64,000 nucleotides of DNA from an uncultured Candidatus Entotheonella sp. (GCA_965215335.1 CBDCDA010000001.1:704001-768000); one strand, 5' to 3'; numbered from the stretch's first letter, positions 30,363 to 39,319 are shown. Made by a program: numbers and translations. Notes: generated by a model not told the origin, from the letters alone.

Positions 30363-30427
30363 ATGACCTATGTAACTCGACTTCTCGTCCTACTGTTCGC
30401 AGGGCTTTTCATGATGAGCGCGTCGGC
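30363..30427 (+). repeat. inverted repeat, right: 5' end of porin B
   Basis: 64/65 nt identical to 27772..27836 reverse complement; identity starts exactly at the ATG. Confidence 0.9.
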
Positions 30428-30900
30428 TTCCGCCGACGACCGGCTCACGGTTTCGGGCAACATCGATACCCGTTTGTACGCTTGGGACAACTTGTCGTTA
30501 TTTGACCGCAACTACACGACGCTCGTGACAGGTGGCGACGATAACGCCACCCTGCAAGCCGGCGATGAGGACGCCATGTCCCACGTTATCACGCGCTTCA
30601 ATCTCAGGTTCTCGATAGAGGCGTTTGAGAACAGCAAGGCTGTGCTTCAAACCCACGTGGACAAGGAGTGGGGCCAATCCGGCGTGCTCTTCGGGCCCTA
30701 CCATAAGGACGAATACACTCACGCTGCCACGCTTGGAGCCTACGGTGGCGCCATGACGATTGAAGGGTATTGGTTCGAGGGCCTGATTCCGGGCACCGCG
30801 GCCAAGTTCGAGGTCGGTGTTCCGTATATCGCCGCCGAGTCAGGGTCGTTCGGTGAAGCTACCAAGCTGCTCAATACCGCTGTCGCCGGCGCGACCCTTA

Positions 30901-32185
30901 GGAATTTGTCGCAAATTAGTTTTTCATGTTTTGAGTTTTGTGTTTCAATGAGGCGCGATCACGAACTCGAAGCCACCATTGTTGAGAAGTACGCGGCGAT
31001 CGAAGCGTTTCTTGATGAGCGTGGGCGTCGTATCTGGGCAGCCACGGAGTCGCGTGCCATCGGCTATGGAGGAGATGCCCTGGTGTCGGATGCGACAGGA
31101 TTGTCGCGCCCGACCATTCGGGCGGGACGCCGAGAGCTGGCAGGTGGTGGCACTGAGTTTGGCCGGGTGCGCCGACCGGGCGCTGGACGACCGGGCATCG
31201 AGCAGTCTCAGCCGGGCATCAAGCAAGCGCTGGAGCAGTTGGTTGATCCGTTGACTCGCGGCGACCCGCAGTCGCCGTTGAGGTGGACGTGCAAGAGCAA
31301 AGCGAAGCTCACCGTGGCGCTGTCGAAGGCTGGCTGGAAGGTCAGTTCGACGACGGTGGGCCGTTTACTGCATGAGCTCGGCTATCGCCTGCAATCGGTG
31401 CGCAAGAGTCGAGAAGGGGCGTCGCACCCCGATCGCAACGCACAGTTCGAACATATCAATTCAAAGGCAGATGAGTTTTTGCAACGCGGTCAGCCGGTGG
31501 TATCGGTCGACACCAAGAAGAAGGAGTTGGTGGGTGATTTCAAGAACGCTGGCCGGGAGTGGCAACCGAAGGGGCAGCCCGAGCAATCACGGGTTCACGA
31601 CTTTCCTCAGGACGCGACGGGCAAGGCCATTCCCTATGGCATCTATGATATGGGAGGCAACGAAGCATGGGTCAGTGTTGGGTGTGACCACGACACGCCG
31701 GCGTTCGCGGTGGCCTCGCTGCGGCGGTGGTGGGACGAGATGGGCAAGCGTCGCTACTCCGAGGCTCGTGAGCTATTCATCACTGCCGATGCGGGCGGTA
31801 GCAACGGGTATCGCTGTCGCGCCTGGAAGCACGGACTGCAACAGTTTGCCGACGAGACGGGTGTGCGCATCCACGTCAGCCACTTCCCGCCCGGTACCAG
31901 CAAATGGAACAAGATCGAGCATCGTCTGTTCTGCCACATCACGCAGAATTGGCGAGGCAGGCCGTTGCGGACCTTTGAGACCATAGTCGATTTGATCGGC
32001 AATACGCGTACCAACGCAGGTCTTCGGGTCAGAGCCGAACTTGACGCAAGAACATACCCGACCGCAGTGGTGACGACGAACGCCGAGATGGACGCCCTGT
32101 CGCTCCATCGCAACGCGTTCCACGGCGACTGGAACTATGAGTTACACCCACGATGAAGTTGGAAACCTAAATTGGATCAAATTCC
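30901..32185 (+). mobile_element. ISAzo13-family insertion sequence (1285 bp)
   Basis: Terminal IRs GGAATTTGTCGCAAATTAG / CTAAATTGGATCAAATTCC; 3-bp TTA target duplication (30898-30900, 32186-32188). Confidence 0.92.
30948..32156 (+). CDS. ISAzo13-family DDE transposase (402 aa)
   Basis: LDERGRR, TRGDPQSPLRWT, HPDRNAQF, SVDTKKKE, ADAGGSNG, PPGTSKWNKIEHRLF, FHGDWNY. Confidence 0.93.
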   Translation: MRRDHELEATIVEKYAAIEAFLDERGRRIWAATESRAIGYGGDALVSDATGLSRPTIRAGRRELAGGGTEFGRVRRPGAGRPGIEQSQPGIKQALEQLVDPLTRGDPQSPLRWTCKSKAKLTVALSKAGWKVSSTTVGRLLHELGYRLQSVRKSREGASHPDRNAQFEHINSKADEFLQRGQPVVSVDTKKKELVGDFKNAGREWQPKGQPEQSRVHDFPQDATGKAIPYGIYDMGGNEAWVSVGCDHDTPAFAVASLRRWWDEMGKRRYSEARELFITADAGGSNGYRCRAWKHGLQQFADETGVRIHVSHFPPGTSKWNKIEHRLFCHITQNWRGRPLRTFETIVDLIGNTRTNAGLRVRAELDARTYPTAVVTTNAEMDALSLHRNAFHGDWNYELHPR

Positions 32186-33188
32186 TTAGCGCCCCTCTCA
32201 GCGATACCATTAGCACCTACACGTGGTATGCGTGGCTGGGAAATGATTTCGATGGCTATTTTCGCGGCTATTACCCGACTGCGACCGCCAATGACGACAG
32301 GGCGGCCGGAGACGGCAAGGTCGAGCCTAATGGCAATGACTGGGCTATCGGCACTCGTGTCGGCTTTACGCTCGCGGAGGGTTTGGGCGTCGATTTGATA
32401 TATGCCTACCAACTGGATGAGTGCAGCGTTGTCGACGACGATGACTGTGGCGACGAAAATCGCAACTGGGTCGGCGGCACCATGCGTTACCAGTACGGCG
32501 ATTTCAGTCTTTTGCCAAGCCTGATGTTGTACTTCGCCGATCATGCTATAGATGGCGACACCGAGTCATTTTTGCTCGACGTGCGTGCCAAATATGTCAC
32601 CGGCCCCTTGTCCTTGTCAGGCCGAGTGGTGTACACGCCGGGAGACAGTGACGGCAATGATCGTTCCTACGATCTGATTGGTGTCTGGGGCATCCCTGGG
32701 AGTGTCATGTGGTTCAATTTGTTCGGCAATGCCTACGGCCAGAACGATTTGGGGCCCTTGACCCTTAGCGCTGGCAGTCCCCAGATGAATATCAGATTCG
32801 AGAATCACGGTCTGATGCACGCCGCTGCCAAGGCGGACTATACGCTGACCCCGCAGATGACCTTGTCGACAGCCTTGGGTATCTTCAACGCAGTCGAAGA
32901 TGTCGAGGGAGCCACCCCGTCGGATCTTGCGGATGCGGACAAGGCGGAGGAGGGCAGCGCGAATCCTGTTACTTATGCCGGCGGGACGCACATTGCTACC
33001 GAGTTTGATGCCTGGCTAACCTATCAACTCTATTCCAACGCCAGTGTTTCATTCTGGGTGGCTTACGCCGTGACCGGCGACGCCCTGAATCTGATGAAGG
33101 GCGCCACGGAATACGAGTCCCAGGACGTGGCGGCAGCCGGCGCCAGAGTGGTTTACAGCTTCTAATCCAACCCCCGCCAAGCAGGTCC

Positions 33189-33229
33189 CAATGGCCGACG
33201 GCTTCCCCAGCCGTCGGCCATTGTTGTTT
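33189..33229 (+). terminator. intrinsic terminator of porin copy B
   Basis: 15-bp stem CAATGGCCGACGGCT/AGCCGTCGGCCATTG followed by TTGTTT. Confidence 0.75.
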
Positions 33230-33308
33230 CGACTGCCCAGCTAATCCTGCCTCGATGACGGTGCTTGACCGTCAGGACCCGTATGCGTCGGGCAAGCTTG
33301 CGCCGGGT

Positions 33309-33668
33309 TCAGGGCGAGGGCGTGTCGGCGGTCTGGAGTCGCTGCCTGAGGACGTCGATTTGGCCTTCGTTGCGGGAGACGCGCTCGCTGATGCTGACGG
33401 TGAGTTGGCGGAGTTCCGTGACGTCGTTTTCCAGGCGTTCGAGGCGTTGATCCATGGCGTCGAAGCGCTGGTTGATGTATTTGTCTTGGGCGTCGAAGCG
33501 CTGGTTCATCTCGGCTCTCATGTCGTTCAGGCGTTGGTTCATGTCGTCGAGTCGGTGGTGGATTGAATTGGTGGATGTCAGGATGACGGTCAGGACGGTA
33601 GCAAGGGCGACGACAGTCGAGAGGACAATCGTAATGGGGACACTGTTTTCTTTGATCCAGTCCTGCAT
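33309..33668 (-). CDS. small protein with N-terminal TM anchor and coiled coil (119 aa)
   Basis: MQDWIKENSVPITIVLSTVVALATVLTVIL followed by MNQRLND/MNQRFDA/INQRFDA repeats. Confidence 0.7.
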   Translation of the reverse strand: MQDWIKENSVPITIVLSTVVALATVLTVILTSTNSIHHRLDDMNQRLNDMRAEMNQRFDAQDKYINQRFDAMDQRLERLENDVTELRQLTVSISERVSRNEGQIDVLRQRLQTADTPSP

Positions 33669-34134
33669 GGTGAGGGGCCTCCCGCATGGTGAACGTCGAG
33701 GGATTGTATCGCAGGCTGAGGGTATTCCGGTTAACCGGCTTGGATGACTGTCAAACTCGTTCACAAGCCAAATTCGACTTCGCTTCAAAGCCAGCGCTGA
33801 CGTGCGCCAAACTCGACGTGCGCCAAACTCGAAGTTCGCGAGCAAAAACCGGCTGCTTCAAAGCTTTCGGCGGGGTCCGTTTAAGCGCATTTTCAGCCTC
33901 TGGCCTTTATAGTAAAGCGGTTTTCGCACGACTGTGTGGCAAATCTGGCGGTGATGTAGCAGCACTGCGGACTTCAAGGGTGGCGCGGGCTTTCAGCCCG
34001 TGTGGAGGGCGGAATCGCCCTCCGTGGGCAGACAGGAAGTTTGCCTCACCCACCCGGCGAAAACCAGACATACGAACGCAAACCGCTATAATGAATTCCA
34101 CGAGTCCTTCTGACGGGCTGCTTACCGTCTACGG

Positions 34135-34458
34135 CTACTCCGGCGTCGCAAAGAAAGTCCGCCAGAGCAGGGCGAGCACCGCGAACAGCAGCGGCGTATT
34201 GAAGGCCAGAAGCCGATTCACCTTGCCGTTCAGGGCCTTGAAATCACCCCGCAGCGCCTCGATTTTCACGGTCACCTCGGCTTGCAGCGCCTCGATTTCC
34301 GTGCGCACGTCGGCGCGGAGCCCTTCCAGGTCCGCCTTGGTGGCCAGTTGGCAGGTGTCGGCATCCGCCAGCGCGGTGACGATTGCCGCCGCCTGCGGCT
34401 CCGGCATGCCGCCATCGAGCAGGCCGGTCTTGAGCGCCAGGGTGTCGATCAAGGGCAT
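34135..34458 (-). CDS. DUF1640/CCDC90-like coiled-coil protein with C-terminal TM (107 aa)
   Basis: IDTLAL..L..GGMPEPQAAAIV head, LATKADL neck, coiled coil, hydrophobic tail; AAGGA RBS. Confidence 0.8.
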   Translation of the reverse strand: MPLIDTLALKTGLLDGGMPEPQAAAIVTALADADTCQLATKADLEGLRADVRTEIEALQAEVTVKIEALRGDFKALNGKVNRLLAFNTPLLFAVLALLWRTFFATPE

Positions 34459-34794
34459 CGTGAAGTCCTTTTCGGGTTGAGTGGAGAACGCGGCAAACAG
34501 TCTACCACCTCACATGATACGCCGGCCTGTACACGAGGCAAGGAAAGGGAATGGATGGCAGCAACTGCCCAGCAATCCTGCCTCGATGACGGTGTTTGGC
34601 CCACGGGACGGTGTGAACCCGTGGATGCAGTTTGCCCTCTGGATTTCGCCCCGCTTTTTGGTCGCGCCTCTCGCGGTCGTCAGGTGACGGACAGCCCAGG
34701 CCCTGATAGGATGGGTTGTGCAGGTGGCGAGAAAAGCGGGATGCCGAGCAGGCGCTACCGTGCGGCTTCGGGCATGACGGAGAGGAGGGGTGAG

Positions 34795-35181
34795 ATGGAT
34801 TGGAAAGCACTGGGCAACGTCGCCGCCCTGGTGGGCGTGTTGGTGGCGATGGCCGTGATGTTCAACCAGGTCAACGGACGCCTGGACCGCATGCAGGCCG
34901 AGAACAACCGGCGCTTCGACGCCTTGCAGGCCGAGAACAACCGGCGCTTCGACGCCTTGCAGACCGAGAGCAACCGGCGCTTCGACGCCTTGCAGACCGA
35001 GAGCAACCGGCGCTTCGACGCCTTGCAGACCGAGATCAACACCTTGCAGAGCGAGACCAACCGGCGCTTCGACGACATGGACCGCCGGTTTGACCAGTTG
35101 TTGGAGGCGTTGCGCGTTTTCGAGGGCAGAATCACGCGTCTCGAAGAGAAGGTGGGCATCGGCGCCGATACCGCCGAATAG
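34795..35181 (+). CDS. small TM-anchored hendecad-repeat coiled-coil protein (128 aa)
   Basis: GGAGGGG RBS; MDWKALGNVAALVGVLVAMAVMF followed by (LQxEsNRRFDA)n. Confidence 0.75.
   Translation: MDWKALGNVAALVGVLVAMAVMFNQVNGRLDRMQAENNRRFDALQAENNRRFDALQTESNRRFDALQTESNRRFDALQTEINTLQSETNRRFDDMDRRFDQLLEALRVFEGRITRLEEKVGIGADTAE
34892..35076 (+). repeat. 33-bp coding tandem repeat (4 full units plus degenerate units)
   Basis: TGCAG(G/A)CCGAGA(A/G)CAACCGGCGCTTCGACGCCT repeated contiguously. Confidence 0.9.
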
Positions 35182-35386
35182 CAGAAGGCGTCGGCGGACA
35201 GGGATCGACGGATTCGCGTTCTTTACAAGACCGACCGTTTGCCTTATCATGTACTCTTGGATCAGCCGCAGATTTTGCCAAGTTCGGGAATGTCATCAGC
35301 ACTGAAACGCGCTTCAGCAGGCGGCCACCCACAAGGGACCTGGCGGCTGAAGAAGAATGAGGGGCCAGCTAAATAAGGAAAATTCC

Positions 35387-36652
35387 ATGGCGCGGAAGCT
35401 TCGGGGAAAACCGGTGTGGCTATGGTCGATCATTGTCGTTCTGGTGAGCATTTGCACGGGCGTGGTGATGGCGAATCGCCACCCCTTCCAAAACGAGCGC
35501 TATGAGAACCTCAGAATTTTTACGGAAGTCTTTTCCTACGTCGAGGCCAATTACGTGGAGGAGGTGGAGTCCGACCGGGTCATCCACGGCGCCATCCGCG
35601 GCATGCTGCGCAGCCTTGATCCGCATTCGTCCTTCATGCCGCCGGAAATGTTCGGCGAAATGCAGGTCGAAACGGAAGGACGCTTCGGCGGCCTGGGCAT
35701 CGAGATTACGATCCGCGACGACGTGCTGACCGTGGTCTCCCCTATCGAGGGCACGCCGGCCTTCCGGGCGGGCATCGAGGCCGGCGACCAGATCGTGCTC
35801 GTGGAGGGTGAGTCGACCAAGGACATGACGTTGATCGAAGCGGTGAAGAAGCTCCGAGGTCCTGAAGGCACGGAGGTGACGATCGGCGTTCTGCGCCCGG
35901 GTTTCACCGAACCCAAGGATTTCACCATCGTCCGCGCGGTCATCGAGATCCAGAGCGTGCGATGGGCCCAGCTGCCTGAGGACGTGGGATACATCAAGCT
36001 GCGAAGCTTCCAAAAAACCACCGTGAACGAGGTGAAGGAAGCCCTGCAGGATCTCGAGTCGCAAGGCATTTCCGCCCTCATCCTTGACCTCCGCAACAAT
36101 CCGGGCGGTCTCTTGGACCAGGCGATCGCGGTGTCCGAGGTCTTTCTGGAAGACGGCAAGCTGATTGTCTATACCAAGGGGCGCCTGAACAATCAGAATA
36201 TGAAGGGGTTCTCGAAAGGTGGGGATATCTGGTCCAACCAGCCGCTGGTCATTTTGATCAACGGCGGCAGCGCCAGTGCTTCCGAAATTGTTGCCGGCGC
36301 CTTGAAGGATTGGGACCGCGCCACCCTTATCGGCACGCAAAGCTTCGGCAAGGGCTCGGTGCAAACGATCATTCCGCTCAGCGACGGATCGGGCCTGCGT
36401 CTGACGACGGCCAAGTATTACACGCCCAACAACGCCGAAATTCACGGCAAGGGGATTACGCCGGACGTCGTTGTCGAGATGGAACCGGTAACCGAGTCCG
36501 ACGAGCCAGGGTCGGAACTGCGCAACCGGCGTCAGATGGAGCTACCAGGCGAAGATCTGTCCGGCGACACGCAACTGCAAAAGGCTTTTGACTTCCTCAC
36601 CGGCGAAATGACAGAGAAGGAGAAGGCCGCTCAAGCCGAACCGCAGGAGTAA
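35387..36652 (+). CDS. ctpA: carboxy-terminal processing protease (S41, PDZ)
   Basis: LDPHS, FGGLGI, LDLRNNPGGLL, SASASEIVAGAL, SFGKGSVQ, GITPD. Confidence 0.93.
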   Translation: MARKLRGKPVWLWSIIVVLVSICTGVVMANRHPFQNERYENLRIFTEVFSYVEANYVEEVESDRVIHGAIRGMLRSLDPHSSFMPPEMFGEMQVETEGRFGGLGIEITIRDDVLTVVSPIEGTPAFRAGIEAGDQIVLVEGESTKDMTLIEAVKKLRGPEGTEVTIGVLRPGFTEPKDFTIVRAVIEIQSVRWAQLPEDVGYIKLRSFQKTTVNEVKEALQDLESQGISALILDLRNNPGGLLDQAIAVSEVFLEDGKLIVYTKGRLNNQNMKGFSKGGDIWSNQPLVILINGGSASASEIVAGALKDWDRATLIGTQSFGKGSVQTIIPLSDGSGLRLTTAKYYTPNNAEIHGKGITPDVVVEMEPVTESDEPGSELRNRRQMELPGEDLSGDTQLQKAFDFLTGEMTEKEKAAQAEPQE

Positions 36653-36709
36653 CCCACGGTCCACGCACCCGTGTGGCGGCTTGATCGGTGCCCCTGACGG
36701 AATTCCAGC

Positions 36710-37843
36710 ATGCTCACCTTGGGAATCGAGACCTCGTGCGACGAAACGTCCGCGGCCGTCCTGGTGGACGGCCGCGATGTCCTCGCCAACATCATTTCCT
36801 CACAACACGACATCCACGCGGCCTACGGGGGCGTGGTTCCGGAACTGGCTTGCCGGAGCCATACGGAGAACCTCCGGCCCGTGGTCGAAGCCGCCCTGGA
36901 GCAGGCAGGCGTGACGCTGCACGCCATCGACCTCATCGGCGTCACGCAAGGTCCGGGACTCGTCGGCGCGCTTTTGGTTGGGTTGAGCTTTGCGAAATCC
37001 ATGGCTTACGGCCTAGGGAAACCGCTGGTCGGCGTGCATCACCTGGACGGCCATGTCAGCGCCATCTATCTCGGCAACGAACCGGTGCCGTGCCCATTCG
37101 TCGCCCTGGTGGTCTCCGGGGGGCATTCGGACTTGTACTACTGCCTGCAAAGGGGGCGATACGACGTATTGGGGCGGACGCGCGACGATGCGGCTGGCGA
37201 ATGCTTCGACAAGGTTGCCAAGATGCTCAGTCTGGGCTATCCTGGGGGTCCGGTCGTCAACCGTCTGGCAGAGCACGGGAACCCTGCGGCGATACATTTC
37301 CCGCGTGCCATGCAGGGACAGAACAACCTGGACTTCAGCTTCAGCGGTGTGAAAGCCGCTGTCCGCTCTTACCTTCTCGATGCAAGCGACCCGCAGGGTC
37401 GACGTTTTTTTCAGGACGATTCCTTCTGGCCGTTACCTGATGGACCACAGTGGGTACAGCACTGCAACGACATTCTGGCCAGCTTTCAGGAAGCGGTTGT
37501 TGATACCTTGGTGAGCAAGACGATTCGAGCCGTCGAACGGACCAAGGCTGAGGCCATCGCCGTGGTAGGCGGGGTGGCTTGCAACACAGCCCTTCGGCGG
37601 CGGATGACTTCGGCGGGAGAATCGTTGGGTTTGCCGGTCCTCTTTCCGCCCCCTGTCTTGTGTACCGACAATGCCGCCATGATTGCCGCCGCCGCAACTT
37701 TCCGATACGAGGCCGGCAGGGAGCTTTACCAGTACCCCGCCTTTCTCGGTCTCGATGCACGTCCCAACCTGGATGTTTCGGAGATGGCCCCTGGCGCCGA
37801 ACAGTCGGGTTCACGCACGAAGAGGTGTCGCGGAGCATGGTGA
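36710..37843 (+). CDS. tsaD: tRNA N6-threonylcarbamoyltransferase
   Basis: LGIETSCDET, GGVVPELA, HHLDGH, VSGGHS, DDAAGECFDK, CTDNAAMIA. Confidence 0.96.
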   Translation: MLTLGIETSCDETSAAVLVDGRDVLANIISSQHDIHAAYGGVVPELACRSHTENLRPVVEAALEQAGVTLHAIDLIGVTQGPGLVGALLVGLSFAKSMAYGLGKPLVGVHHLDGHVSAIYLGNEPVPCPFVALVVSGGHSDLYYCLQRGRYDVLGRTRDDAAGECFDKVAKMLSLGYPGGPVVNRLAEHGNPAAIHFPRAMQGQNNLDFSFSGVKAAVRSYLLDASDPQGRRFFQDDSFWPLPDGPQWVQHCNDILASFQEAVVDTLVSKTIRAVERTKAEAIAVVGGVACNTALRRRMTSAGESLGLPVLFPPPVLCTDNAAMIAAAATFRYEAGRELYQYPAFLGLDARPNLDVSEMAPGAEQSGSRTKRCRGAW

Positions 37844-37903
37844 TGATCAGGAGCAGCAAGCCGCTGCAGATGGTGATGTTTTCCTGTTTCTGAGGGAGGA
37901 GGT

Positions 37904-38284
37904 TTGTCGGATATGTTGAGCAAGCATGCGGTGGTTTTCTTTACGACGGCGGTGGTGGCACTAGTAGGCGGTATTTCCGAGTCGGCGGACATCGAGGCTG
38001 GCAAAACGCTTTATGAGCAGCGTTGCGGGCCCTGTCACGGGCCGGATGGCAAGGCCAACACGCCGACCGCCAAAGCCTTGCAGCCCCCACCAAGGGACCA
38101 CACCGACGGGGCCTACATGAACGCACTGTCGGACGAACACCTGTTCAGAGTCATCAAAGAAGGCGGTCCCGCTGTCGGCAAATCCCCAATCATGCCGCCG
38201 CAGTTCGACCTGAAAGATGACCAATTGCAGAGCCTCGTGGCCTTTATACGAACGCTCGCAGTCCCGCCGCCACCAGGGCAGTAA
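37904..38284 (+). CDS. monoheme class I cytochrome c
   Basis: Signal peptide, CGPCHG heme motif, GKSPIMP distal Met. Confidence 0.85.
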   Translation: MSDMLSKHAVVFFTTAVVALVGGISESADIEAGKTLYEQRCGPCHGPDGKANTPTAKALQPPPRDHTDGAYMNALSDEHLFRVIKEGGPAVGKSPIMPPQFDLKDDQLQSLVAFIRTLAVPPPPGQ

Positions 38285-38639
38285 TTAGGGCCGCCAGCAC
38301 CAAACGCAAGCTCAGTCACGGAACCGTTCCACTCACTCGTTGCGGAGCGGGCAACCCATCCACGTGCCGCAAGGGCACAAATTGCCAAAGTCCCTGCCCG
38401 CTCCCGTATATAGCACAGCAACCCACCCTAGGTCACGGACCGCACATACGAAGGCAACGAGAGGCGCTAGCTCATCGCTAGCTCATATTGTCGCATACGT
38501 TCACGCTCGTTGTTCCACCTCTCCAGGGTCGGTCGACCCACGTTCAGCACGACCGCGAGGTATTGAACGTCATCGCTTCAGGATCACCGCTTTCGATAAC
38601 GCAGCACGGTGCACTTGGGTGCTGAAAACGTCGATTTTC

Positions 38640-39086
<447 letters not shown>

Positions 39087-39221
39087 GAATCATAGCCTGA
39101 CCTTATATCTTCACTGCATCGACCATCCCCAGATCCCTGCATGGTTCCCAAATACACTGTCGAGAAGCGACACATTGAGACCATCGATCTCTCAGGTGTC
39201 GAAATTTGCCCCTTGACCCCC

Positions 39222-39291
39222 TTGACGGGTTTCGAAGAGGTTCCTATATTCTCCTCAGGTGGGAGAAAGTGGGATGAAGTGGAGTAAAATG
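39222..39291 (+). promoter_or_regulatory. dcw promoter with MraZ-binding boxes
   Basis: TTGACG-17 nt-TATATT followed by GTGGG/GTGGG/GTGGA at 10-nt spacing (39259, 39269, 39279). Confidence 0.8.
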
Positions 39292-39319
39292 CCTCGGCAA
39301 TCTCAAAGGACGCCCTGTC

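Larger units (their letters stand above)
30363..33165 (+). pseudogene. outer-membrane porin-like protein, copy B, interrupted by ISAzo13 (504 aa if the IS is removed)
   Basis: 30363..30900 joined to 32189..33165 restores GATLSAPLSDT in frame, colinear with copy A (GATLSVPLSDT); ends GARVVYSF. Confidence 0.88.

Noticed and set aside
30363..32156. 597-aa ORF as a genuine evolved porin-transposase protein
   Set aside because: IRs and the TTA duplication show it is a by-product of IS insertion; the porin resumes at 32189.
26262..33165. Diversity-generating retroelement acting on the porins
   Set aside because: No reverse transcriptase in the window, and differences are indels and general divergence, not adenine-specific.
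34892..35076. 33-bp repeats as a CRISPR array
   Set aside because: Units are contiguous with no spacers, lie in frame in a CDS, and there are no cas genes.
29249..35181. Integron with gene cassettes
   Set aside because: No IntI-specific insertion is apparent in the recombinase and I could not identify attC-type palindromes; an IntegronFinder run would settle it.
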